Shown piece after piece: positions 47,953 through 56,682 of a stretch of DNA of 64,000 nt. Source of the stretch: an uncultured Gemmatimonadales bacterium (lineage in GTDB: Bacteria > Gemmatimonadota > Gemmatimonadetes > Longimicrobiales > RSA9); assembly GCA_963783305.1 (NCBI GenBank), contig CAWAMW010000002.1, positions 608,001 through 672,000 on the forward strand, read 5' to 3'. The notes under the pieces are model-generated. The model did no database searches and had not been told where the DNA came from. It saw nothing but the letters and a program-made list of their open reading frames with translations. A program made the translations under genes and the position numbers. Each line of letters opens with the position of its first letter. Position 1 is the first letter of the stretch.

Positions 47953-49791
47953 ATGGACTCCACGACCACCATGATCCGTCGACGCGGAGCCAATCCCGCC
48001 CACGCCCTGTCTTTCATCCTGCTCCTGCTCGGTCTGGGGCGGGCCACGCCCGTGCGGGCCCAGGACGACGCCTGCGAGCTGGGGCGGATCACCCGCATCT
48101 TTGTCGACAACCACTCCATCTTCAACACGGCGGACCCGGACCTGAACCCGCGGTTCCGCTGGGCCTACTCGCTCGCGAACCGCCTGCACGTCCCGACGCG
48201 CGAGGGCGTGATCATGCGCGAGCTGCTCTTCGACGTGGGCGACTGCTACGACCCACTCCTGGTCGAGGAGTCGGAACGACTGCTCCGCGCCCACGCGTTC
48301 CTCGGCCGCGTCGACGCGTTCGGGATCCAGCAGCCGCAGGGCGGCTACCATGTCATCGTGGATACGGAGGACGAGTGGTCCACCCAGGTGGACCTGAAGT
48401 TCGACCTGAGCGGCCAGTTCCAATTCGAGGAGCTCGATGTTCGCGAGGAGAACGTCCTCGGCACTGGCCGATCCCTGGGCATCTTCTACCGCTCCCACGA
48501 GGCCGTCCGCTCCTACGGCATCCGGTACGAGTCGCCCCAGCTCCTGGGCACCCGCTGGGACCAGGCTATCGACGTCGGACGGACCCGGGCGGGCGACCTT
48601 CTCCACCAGGAGATCCGGTACCCGTTCCTCGGCGAGGAGGGCAAATGGGCGTTCCGCGAATGGTACAGCCGACGCGACCGCTTCTTCGACTACGTCCTCC
48701 CCCGCGGCAGCGACTTCTGTCCCAGCGGCGGGAACGCCTGCCGCATCCTCGTGCCCGTCCGGCAGCATGGATTCCACGTGGCGGGGCTCCGTCGCTTCGG
48801 CCGCCGGGGCAACCTCACGCTGCTGGGCGCGGGGGTCAGCTTCCAGAACTTCTCGTACCCCGGTGGGGACAGCGCGATAACGCTCGTGGGAGATCGCAAT
48901 TTCGATGAGCGCGAGACCGCGCCGGCGCTCCTGCGGGAGACTGCCGCCCGAAGGACGGAGGCGCTGAGGAACGTTCGGGCCGTCCTGCTGGTTGGGAAAC
49001 GGAACATCCGCTGGCAGCAGCGGACGGGGCTCGACAGCTTCCGCGGCGATGAGGACGTGCGGGTGGGCGCGGAAGTAGAGCTCGCTTTCGCCCGCTCCCT
49101 CCCCGGCATCGAGGATGACAACGACCTTTACGGCAGCATGGACCTCTACGCGGCCGCCGGCCCGCCCGGCGCGTTCTTCGGAACTCGCCTCCGCGCCGAC
49201 GCCCGCCGGGACTACGACACGCGCCCGGACGAGTTCGAGATGAAGGATGTCTTCGCCGAGGCGGAGACGTTCCTCTATGTCGAGCCGCCCTTCCTCCCGA
49301 CGCACACGCTCCTGCTGCGCGCCAGCGGCGCCGCCGGCTGGCACGTGGAGACGCCGTTCCAGCTCACTCTGGGAGGGGAGCGCGCGCTGCGAGGATTGCG
49401 CGAGGAGGAGTACCCCGGCGGCCGGCGCGTCGTCGTTTCCGTGGAGGACCGGTGGTACGCCGGCTGGCCCTTCCCCGGTGTGGCCGACTTCGGCACCTCC
49501 CTCTTCGCGGATGTCGGGCGGATCTGGCCCGGTGAGGCGCCGTTCGGCATCGACTCCGGCTGGCGCGCCACGGTGGGCGCCGGGATCCGCGCCAACTTCC
49601 CGAGCCGCGGCACCAACACGTTCCGAGTGGACATGGCGTTCCCGATTGGTGAGGACGGGGACCTGGGGCGCCTCCAGCTCCTGATCGGCGTGGGCGAGTA
49701 CATCGGCATCACCTCGGATTTCGCCGACCCGCAGTTCGACCGGTCCCGCATTCCGCCGATCACGGGCAGCCTGCTCAACTTCCCCAACTGA
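47953..49791 (+). CDS. Omp85/BamA-TamA-like outer-membrane protein
   Basis: Signal peptide, POTRA-like ESERLLR, ENVLGTG, LRG motif, FADVGRIW, GIR. Confidence 0.75.
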   Translation: MDSTTTMIRRRGANPAHALSFILLLLGLGRATPVRAQDDACELGRITRIFVDNHSIFNTADPDLNPRFRWAYSLANRLHVPTREGVIMRELLFDVGDCYDPLLVEESERLLRAHAFLGRVDAFGIQQPQGGYHVIVDTEDEWSTQVDLKFDLSGQFQFEELDVREENVLGTGRSLGIFYRSHEAVRSYGIRYESPQLLGTRWDQAIDVGRTRAGDLLHQEIRYPFLGEEGKWAFREWYSRRDRFFDYVLPRGSDFCPSGGNACRILVPVRQHGFHVAGLRRFGRRGNLTLLGAGVSFQNFSYPGGDSAITLVGDRNFDERETAPALLRETAARRTEALRNVRAVLLVGKRNIRWQQRTGLDSFRGDEDVRVGAEVELAFARSLPGIEDDNDLYGSMDLYAAAGPPGAFFGTRLRADARRDYDTRPDEFEMKDVFAEAETFLYVEPPFLPTHTLLLRASGAAGWHVETPFQLTLGGERALRGLREEEYPGGRRVVVSVEDRWYAGWPFPGVADFGTSLFADVGRIWPGEAPFGIDSGWRATVGAGIRANFPSRGTNTFRVDMAFPIGEDGDLGRLQLLIGVGEYIGITSDFADPQFDRSRIPPITGSLLNFPN

Positions 49792-49792
49792 G

Positions 49793-50569
49793 ATGACGCT
49801 CCTCTCGCGCGTCCACCATGCGGAGGAACGGATGGATCAGCCCGATGTGGACCCCCGTGCGCTCAGGCAGGCACTCGACCATGTGGCGGCCGTGAACCGC
49901 TGGCTCGGTGGCCGACGGGCACTGCTCCTGCACCTGCCCGAGGCCCTCCGCCTCTCCCGCGGACACGACACCGGTGGCGGCCAGCCCCGGGACCCCGGAC
50001 CGTTTCGGATTCTCGACGTGGGCACCGGCTCGGGGGACCTCCCCATGGCGGTCGCCCGCTGGGCCCGCAAGCGGGACCTGGCCGTGGAGGTCACCGGGAT
50101 CGACCTCCACGACCGCACCCTGCGCGTCGCCGCCCGCCGCACCGCCCAGGATCCCGCCGTGCGGGTGCTGCGGGGTGATGGTCTCCGGCTACCCTTCGCC
50201 GAGGGCGCGTTCGACGTGGCGCTCCTCTCCATGACCCTCCACCACATGGATGGTCCCGCGCTGCTCGCGATTCTCCGGGAGCTCGGGCGCGTGGCACGCC
50301 AGGGTCGGGTCCTCGTGTCCGAGCTGGAACGGTGCCTTCCCAACTACCTCGGGGCCCGACTCCTGGGGGCGACCCTCTGGCGCCGGAACCCGATCACCCG
50401 CCATGATGGCCCCCTCTCCGTCCTCCGGGCCTTCACCCCCGCCGAGTTGCTGGAGCTGGCCGGCGACGCCGGGCTCCCCGGCGCCCACGTGCACCGGCAC
50501 CCCTTCCACCGACTCGTCCTGCTGGCGGATGGCGGCGGACAGCCGCCGCGCTCGAGGCGTCCACAATGA
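49793..50569 (+). CDS. SAM-dependent methyltransferase
   Basis: EERMD, VNRWLGG, ILDVGTGSGD, TLHH, HDGPLSVLRAFT. Confidence 0.9.
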   Translation: MTLLSRVHHAEERMDQPDVDPRALRQALDHVAAVNRWLGGRRALLLHLPEALRLSRGHDTGGGQPRDPGPFRILDVGTGSGDLPMAVARWARKRDLAVEVTGIDLHDRTLRVAARRTAQDPAVRVLRGDGLRLPFAEGAFDVALLSMTLHHMDGPALLAILRELGRVARQGRVLVSELERCLPNYLGARLLGATLWRRNPITRHDGPLSVLRAFTPAELLELAGDAGLPGAHVHRHPFHRLVLLADGGGQPPRSRRPQ

Positions 50570-51834
50570 GTACGACACGTGCCAGCCACGACCCACCGCC
50601 CGACGTCGTGGTGGTGGGGGGCGGGCCCGCCGGTGCCGTTACCGCACTCCTGCTCGCACGGCGCGGCGTCCCCGTCACCATCCTGGACCGCGCCCGCTTC
50701 CCGCGGCCGAAGCCCTGCGGCGACTGCCTCAGCGCGGCGGCCACCGCGCTCCTGCGCCGGCTCGACCTCCTCGACCGCGTGCTCGCCGCCGGCGCCTCGA
50801 CCATCGGGCACTGGCGGATCGTGGCCCCGGACGGTACCCCCGCCACTGGCCGCTTCGGCGACTCCCACGCCCTCTCCCTCGAGCGACGCCGGCTGGATGC
50901 CGTGCTGCTCGATGCGGCCATCGAAGCGGGCGCCCACTTCCGCGCCGCCCACGTCACGGACGTTTTCATCCAGGAGGAGCGCGTTCGCGGCGTACAGGTC
51001 CGTGAGGGCACAAACGATCGCTCCACCATCGAGGCGGCGCTGGTCGTGGGCGCCGACGGCCTCCGATCCACCGTCGCCCGACGGCTCGGCCTGGTGCGCC
51101 GCAAGCCGGCGCTACGGAAGGTCTCCCTTACCGCGCACCTCCCCGTCCGCGGCAATCCGCTCCAGCACGGGGAGATGCATCTGATCCCTTCCGGCTGCCT
51201 GGGCTATGCTCCCGCCGGTGACGGCGTGGTCAACCTCACACTGGTCGTCGCCACCCATGCGGCCGGCACACTGGCCGAGCTGGGGCCCGCCGCGTTCTTC
51301 CGGGATCAGATCCGCCACGCCACAGCGCTCGATGAATCACTGCGCGAGTCGCTCGATGACCTGTTGGACGAGGACTTCCTCGCCTCCGGGCCCTTCGATG
51401 TCCCCGTCCGCACCCCCGTGGCCCGCGGCGCAGCGCTCGTGGGCGATGCCGCCGGCTATTACGACCCGTTCACCGGCCAGGGCATCTACCAGGCCATGGC
51501 CGCGGCGGAACAGCTGGTCCTGGCGGTGGGCCCCGTGCTCGCGCACGGCAGGGCCGGGCCGGCCGCAATGGACCGGGGACTCCGCCGCTACGCCCGCGCC
51601 AAGCGCCGGCTCACCAACCCCGCACGGCGTGTTCAGCACGGCGTCGAGTGGGTGCTGTCGCGGCCGTGGCTTGCGAATCGCATCCTCGCTCGCCTCTCCG
51701 CCGCCCCCGTAGCCATGGACCGGCTCGTGGCGGTCACGGGCGACCTGCGACGACCCGTCTCCTTGCTTTCGCCGGCGGTCGTCTCGAGCTTCATGATCCC
51801 ACGATCCGGAGGTCCGATTGATCCGCACCGATGA
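50566..51834 (+). CDS. FAD-dependent oxidoreductase (geranylgeranyl reductase/flavin monooxygenase-like)
   Basis: GGGPAG, FPRPKPCG, GADG, VGDAAGYYDPFTGQGI. Confidence 0.9.
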   Translation: MSTTRASHDPPPDVVVVGGGPAGAVTALLLARRGVPVTILDRARFPRPKPCGDCLSAAATALLRRLDLLDRVLAAGASTIGHWRIVAPDGTPATGRFGDSHALSLERRRLDAVLLDAAIEAGAHFRAAHVTDVFIQEERVRGVQVREGTNDRSTIEAALVVGADGLRSTVARRLGLVRRKPALRKVSLTAHLPVRGNPLQHGEMHLIPSGCLGYAPAGDGVVNLTLVVATHAAGTLAELGPAAFFRDQIRHATALDESLRESLDDLLDEDFLASGPFDVPVRTPVARGAALVGDAAGYYDPFTGQGIYQAMAAAEQLVLAVGPVLAHGRAGPAAMDRGLRRYARAKRRLTNPARRVQHGVEWVLSRPWLANRILARLSAAPVAMDRLVAVTGDLRRPVSLLSPAVVSSFMIPRSGGPIDPHR

Positions 51835-52309
51835 CCATATAACCACCGCCCCCATCGAGTTCGCCTTCCGGGTGGCCGCCGACGTGGAGTGTTGGCCCGA
51901 GATCCTGCCCCACTACCGATGGGTGGAGTTCCAGGAGAAGCGAGGGTTCGGACAGGGGGTCGTGGAAATGGCGGCGTGGCGCGACTTCTTCGGGCCGCTC
52001 CGGTACCCCACGTGGTGGGTCTCGGAGATGACCACCGACCCCGATGAGCCAGTGGTGAGATACCGCCATGTCGACGGGATCACCCGCGGCATGGACGTGG
52101 CCTGGGAGTTCCATGACCACGCCGATGGCATCCTCGTCCGCATCGTCCACGAGTGGGAGGGGCCCGGCTGGCCGCTCATCAACGGGATCGCGGCCAATGG
52201 CGTGATCGGGCCACACTTCGTCAGCGCCATCGCTCGCCGGACGCTGGCCGGCGTATGCGCCGAGGCCGAGCGGCGAGCGGCGCTGGAAGAGGGGGCCCGC
52301 CATGGCTGA
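51818..52309 (+). CDS. SRPBCC/START-fold polyketide cyclase-like protein
   Basis: AADVECWPEILPHYR, WWVS, ITRGMDVAWEF. Confidence 0.82.
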   Translation: MIRTDDHITTAPIEFAFRVAADVECWPEILPHYRWVEFQEKRGFGQGVVEMAAWRDFFGPLRYPTWWVSEMTTDPDEPVVRYRHVDGITRGMDVAWEFHDHADGILVRIVHEWEGPGWPLINGIAANGVIGPHFVSAIARRTLAGVCAEAERRAALEEGARHG

Positions 52310-53573
52310 TAACCGCAGCGGTCCCCCCTACCGGGTGGCGATCACGGGCATCGGGCCCATCACCGCGGTCGGTACCGGGCGCGATGCGCTGTGGGCGGGG
52401 CTCCGCGCCCGCCGCTCGCCCATCCGAACGGCAACCCGCTTCGACTCCTCGATCTGGAGGTCCCACCTCGCCGCAGAAGTGGACGACTTCGACCCCACCG
52501 ACTTCATGCACGCGAAGCAGGTCCGGCGTCTCGACCGGTTCATGCACTTCGCCATTGGATCCACCGCCCTCGCCCTCCAGGACGCCGGCCTCGACCCCTC
52601 CGACCCCGACCCCGACGGCGTGGCCGTGCAGTTCGGCTCCGCCCTGGGCGGCGTCGCGTACGCCGAGGAACAGGTGCGAAACCTGCTCACCGGCGGGATC
52701 CGGGCGGTCGACCCGCGCGTCGCCCTCACCACCTTCGGCGGCGCCGCCAGCTGCGGCGTGGCCATCGAGTTCGGCTTCACCGGCCCGAACGTCACCAACG
52801 CCATGTCCTGCGCGTCGGGCACCATCGCGGTGGGCGAGGCGTTCCGGCTCATTCGCGACGGGACCAGCGACATGGCTATCGCCGGCGGAGTGGAGGCGCC
52901 CCTCGCGCCCCTCTCCTTCGGTGCGTTCGCCATCATCCGCGCCATGAGCACCCGCAACGACGACCCGGAGCGCGCCTGCCGCCCCTTCGACCGCGACCGC
53001 GACGGTTTCGTCATGGGCGAGGGCGGCTGCTCGCTGGTCCTCGAGCGCTGGGAGCACGCCGTCGCACGCGGCGCCCGCATCTACGCGGAGCTTGCCGGCT
53101 ACGGCACCACCAATGATGCGCACCACATGACCGCCCCGCGCCCCGATGGCGCGCAGGCGGCCCGGGCCATGCGCCTCGCGCTCCGCTCGGCAGGCGCGGA
53201 CCCGGGGGAGGTGGATTATGTCAACACCCACGGCTCCTCCACCCCTCTAAACGACTCCACAGAGACCTTCGCCCTCAAACAGGTGCTCGGCGACCACGCC
53301 TATGACGTCGCCGTGAGCGGCACGAAGCCGTACCACGCCCACGCCCTCGGCGCTTCCGGCGCCATCGAGGTGGGGATCACCTGCCTCGCCCTCGAGCACG
53401 ACTGGATCCCACCCGTTCTCAATTTCGAGGATGGCGGCGCCGAATGTGACCTCGACTACGTCACCGGCGAGGGCCGCGACATCCGCGCCAACACATGCCT
53501 GTCGAATTCGTTCGGGTTCGGCGGGATCAACGCATCACTGGTCCTCCGCAGGCCCCGGCCCGACAACGGATGA
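52302..53573 (+). CDS. Beta-ketoacyl-ACP synthase II-like ketosynthase
   Basis: Catalytic SCASG, NTHGSST, K..HAHALGASG; SNSFGFGG. Confidence 0.92.
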   Translation: MADNRSGPPYRVAITGIGPITAVGTGRDALWAGLRARRSPIRTATRFDSSIWRSHLAAEVDDFDPTDFMHAKQVRRLDRFMHFAIGSTALALQDAGLDPSDPDPDGVAVQFGSALGGVAYAEEQVRNLLTGGIRAVDPRVALTTFGGAASCGVAIEFGFTGPNVTNAMSCASGTIAVGEAFRLIRDGTSDMAIAGGVEAPLAPLSFGAFAIIRAMSTRNDDPERACRPFDRDRDGFVMGEGGCSLVLERWEHAVARGARIYAELAGYGTTNDAHHMTAPRPDGAQAARAMRLALRSAGADPGEVDYVNTHGSSTPLNDSTETFALKQVLGDHAYDVAVSGTKPYHAHALGASGAIEVGITCLALEHDWIPPVLNFEDGGAECDLDYVTGEGRDIRANTCLSNSFGFGGINASLVLRRPRPDNG

Positions 53574-54553
53574 CCCCCCTCCTGATCGGGCAGATCCTGG
53601 GCGTTTCCTTCGCCTGCGGACTGAACCTGTACCTGACCGTGGCCGCCCTCGGGCTGCTCTCGAGGTTCGGCGTCCTGGAAGGGCTGCCGCCCGGGCTCCA
53701 CGGCCTCGAGGGCCTCATCGTCATCACCAGCGCCGTGCTGCTGTACCTCGTCGAGGCCGTCATCGACAAGGTCCCGCACGCAGACTCCCTCTGGGACACC
53801 GTCCACACCTTCATCCGCCCCCCCGCCGCTGCGCTCCTCGCGGTAGGGATCATGTGGGGCGCACCCGTCTCCCTCGTTGCCCCCGCCGCCGCCGGCGCGC
53901 TGGTCGTGGCCCTCCTTGCCCACGGCACTAAGGCCGGCATCCGCCTCGCGCTCAACACCGCGATGCGTGGCGGCCGTGCGTGGGTCAGCACCGGGGAGGA
54001 CCTGGTGGCCGTCGCGTTCGCCACCATGGCGTTTCTCGCCCCCGCCACCGCCCTCGTCAGCACCCTCACGGTCATCGCGCTCATCCTCCTCGTCGGCCCA
54101 CGCTACTGGCGCGCGTTCCGACTCGGTCTCCGCGCCATGTTCGCCTGGATACGGGCCCTTTTTGCACCGGCACGCTGGCGCGACGAGAACGAGCTGCCCG
54201 AGGGGGTTCGGAAGCTGCTGGGCACCACCCCTCTCGGCACGGCGCCGCCCCGGGGCGCGCGGGCTGCCATCCACGGAGCGCCCGGCGCGGGCGCCTACCG
54301 CAACGGCTGGCTCATCACCACCGAGCAGGGCCCCGTCTTCGTCTATCTCAGCCTGCTCGGGCATCGCCGGGTCGACCTGCCCCCCACGCGGCACGTGGAA
54401 GCCGATCCCGGGTTCTGGGCCGATGTCCTCCGCGTCCAGGGCGCGGGCGACGTGAGCTACCGCATCTACATGCTCAAGGATGGCCCCCCCGTCGAGGTGG
54501 CAATGCCGCACCTGGTCAAGAGCGCACCCGCACCCCCGCAGGAAACGACATGA
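53570..54553 (+). CDS. DUF4126 family membrane protein
   Basis: GLNLY, E..IDKVP..DSLWDTVHTFIRP, STGED. Confidence 0.85.
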   Translation: MTPLLIGQILGVSFACGLNLYLTVAALGLLSRFGVLEGLPPGLHGLEGLIVITSAVLLYLVEAVIDKVPHADSLWDTVHTFIRPPAAALLAVGIMWGAPVSLVAPAAAGALVVALLAHGTKAGIRLALNTAMRGGRAWVSTGEDLVAVAFATMAFLAPATALVSTLTVIALILLVGPRYWRAFRLGLRAMFAWIRALFAPARWRDENELPEGVRKLLGTTPLGTAPPRGARAAIHGAPGAGAYRNGWLITTEQGPVFVYLSLLGHRRVDLPPTRHVEADPGFWADVLRVQGAGDVSYRIYMLKDGPPVEVAMPHLVKSAPAPPQETT

Positions 54554-54888
54554 GCGTCGAAGAGTTCCGGAAGTTCAGAGAGCGGATGAATGAGAAAATC
54601 CTCGATTCGGGGAATCTCGAGATCAAGCGCTTCTTCGCCCTCGACACCCGCACGTACGAGGAGGGCTCCCTCGACACCCGCACGAAGGAGCTCCTGGGAC
54701 TCGTTGCCTCCCTGGTGCTCCGCTGCGACGACTGCATCACCTATCACCTCGCCCGCTGTGTCGAAGAGGGCGCGGCCGACGACGAGCTCTTCGAGACCTT
54801 CTCCGTTGGCCTGGTCGTGGGAGGGTCCATCGTCATTCCGCACCTGCGGCGGGCCGTGGCGACGCTGGAGGAGCTCCGCACCAGCTGA
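54550..54888 (+). CDS. Carboxymuconolactone decarboxylase/AhpD family protein
   Basis: KELLGLVASLVLRCDDCITYH. Confidence 0.9.
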   Translation: MSVEEFRKFRERMNEKILDSGNLEIKRFFALDTRTYEEGSLDTRTKELLGLVASLVLRCDDCITYHLARCVEEGAADDELFETFSVGLVVGGSIVIPHLRRAVATLEELRTS

Positions 54889-54967
54889 TTTTACGAATAA
54901 TCGCCTTCCACCCATCGAGCGAACGGCCTTTAGTGGCGCGGTTGCTGGACGATCGGGACCGGGAGGG

Positions 54968-54996
54968 TTTACACAAAAATCCGTTTCGTCTATATT
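54968..54996 (+). promoter_or_regulatory. Sigma70-type promoter upstream of second sigma factor
   Basis: TTTACA-17-TATATT. Confidence 0.75.
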
Positions 54997-55083
54997 GGGT
55001 CGGTCTGTAGGCCGAGCTCCTTCAACCGGCTTCCTGAGTGCGACTCACCGTACACAGTCCAGACAAAGTCCTTCTTTCGCTCT

Positions 55084-55122
55084 GCAGCGAGCGTCGCACG
55101 CCGACGGTGCTCGCTGCTTTTT
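55084..55122 (+). terminator. Terminator-like hairpin inside the sigma-factor 5' leader
   Basis: GCAGCGAGC...GCTCGCTGC followed by TTTTT. Confidence 0.6.
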
Positions 55123-55147
55123 CGTCTCCGCACAAAGGCTCTACTCT

Positions 55148-56008
55148 ATGTTCGTGAACTCCCGGGCGACGGATTCCTTCGATCAGTACCTGTTCGATGT
55201 CGAGAAGTACCCACTCATCGAAGACCCCATGGAGGAGCGGGCGCTGGCCGCCCGGGCCCGTGAAGGGGACAAGGAAGCGGCCGAGCGGCTCGTGACGGCG
55301 AACCTCCGGTTCGTGATCTCCTACGTCAAGAAGTACCAGGGCCGCGGCCTCGGCCTCGCCGAGCTGGTCTGCATCGGGAACGAGGGCCTGCTCAAGGCCG
55401 TCAAGAAATTCGACCCGGAGAAGGGCGTCAAGTTCATCTCCTACGCCGTCTGGTGGATCCGTCAGACCGTGCTCCAGGCGCTCGCCGAGCAGACCCGCTC
55501 CGTCCGGATCCCGCTCAACCAGAACTCGAACCTGGTCAAGCTCTCCCGTACGGAGACGGCGCTCACCCAGCTCCTCGGACGGTCTCCCACTGACCAGGAG
55601 ATCGCCGAGCACATGGAGGAGCCGATCGAGACGGTCCGGGCGCTCCGCCGCGTAGCCGCCTCCGAGCTCTCGCTCGACGCCCCCATCGATCGGGGTGACC
55701 GGGACAGCGCCAGCTTCGGGGAGCGCTTCGCTGGCGCGGAGAGCGGTGACATCGAGGAGGGCGTGGAGTCACAGGCGCGCCGCGAGTTCCTCGACCGCAT
55801 GTTCGAGAAATACCTGACCGAGCGGGAGCGGAAGATCCTCTACCTGTACTACGGCCTGGATGACGGTGAGGAGCGCACGCTCGAGGAGATCGGCTCTCTC
55901 CTCGGTGTCACCCGCGAGCGGATCCGGCAGATCCGCAATCGCGCTTTCGAGAAGCTGCGTGAAAGCGCCGACGGCGACGCTCTCTCCACCTTCTGGGCCG
56001 CCGAGTAG
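55148..56008 (+). CDS. RpoD/SigA-family sigma70 factor lacking region 1.1 (second paralog)
   Basis: NLRFVISYVKKY, KFISYAVWWIRQ, TLEEIG...TRERIRQI. Confidence 0.93.
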   Translation: MFVNSRATDSFDQYLFDVEKYPLIEDPMEERALAARAREGDKEAAERLVTANLRFVISYVKKYQGRGLGLAELVCIGNEGLLKAVKKFDPEKGVKFISYAVWWIRQTVLQALAEQTRSVRIPLNQNSNLVKLSRTETALTQLLGRSPTDQEIAEHMEEPIETVRALRRVAASELSLDAPIDRGDRDSASFGERFAGAESGDIEEGVESQARREFLDRMFEKYLTERERKILYLYYGLDDGEERTLEEIGSLLGVTRERIRQIRNRAFEKLRESADGDALSTFWAAE

Positions 56009-56086
56009 TTCGACCGGGTACACGGTGCGGGCCTCCCACAGACGGCCCGCCTCGCACGAAGGCGCTGAGCGCGTCGGAGGGTAGCG

Positions 56087-56122
56087 GGAACCCGCCAGGT
56101 CCACCTGGCGGGTTCCTTTTTT
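56087..56122 (+). terminator. Rho-independent terminator
   Basis: GGAACCCGCCAGG/CCTGGCGGGTTCC stem plus T6. Confidence 0.9.
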
Positions 56123-56168
56123 GCGCCTCGTCCCCAGCCGTCTCACCGCTCAGGAGCGTGGCGGGCGA

Positions 56169-56561
56169 TCACGCCTCCACCAGCTCGTCGCTTTCCGCCG
56201 TATCCAGTGCGGTGCCGCTCAGGTTCCGGCCGGAAGCGGAGCCCAGCATGACCAGCTCCCGGACGACCACATCGGAGGTGGGGATCGTGACGCCATCCCG
56301 CTCGTAGGAATCGTACTGCATCCGGCCCTCGATGTAGAGGCGATCACCCTTCCGGATGTACTCCTCGGCCAGTTCCGCCAGCCGATCCCAGACGGTGATC
56401 CGGTGCCACTCCGTCCGCTCCTCGAACCCGCTCTCCCGCGGGATCCGCCGACTCGTGGCCAGCGAGAAGTGGGCGACCTTGTGCCCGTTGGTCGTGGACT
56501 GCACCTCCGGGTCGCGCCCTACGTTCCCCACGAGGATCAACTTGTTCACCGATCGCGCCAT
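56169..56561 (-). CDS. ssb: Single-stranded DNA-binding protein
   Basis: SVNKLILVGNVGRDPE, TEWHRI, KGDRLYIEG; GGAGG SD. Confidence 0.95.
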   Translation of the reverse strand: MARSVNKLILVGNVGRDPEVQSTTNGHKVAHFSLATSRRIPRESGFEERTEWHRITVWDRLAELAEEYIRKGDRLYIEGRMQYDSYERDGVTIPTSDVVVRELVMLGSASGRNLSGTALDTAESDELVEA

Positions 56562-56682
56562 CTGTACCTCCCTGCACGGGTTGTGGCCCCGTCGATCGGG
56601 GCCGGTCAACCACAGGGATAGCTGTCCGGCCGGGGCAGGACGATAGCGCGACCGGACAGTCTCCGGATGGCCCGACTTCGCC

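Noticed and set aside
47821..49344. Apparent 500-aa N-terminal extension of malic enzyme
   Set aside because: Overlaps the Omp85-like gene on the opposite strand; MaeB homology and an SD start at 47820.
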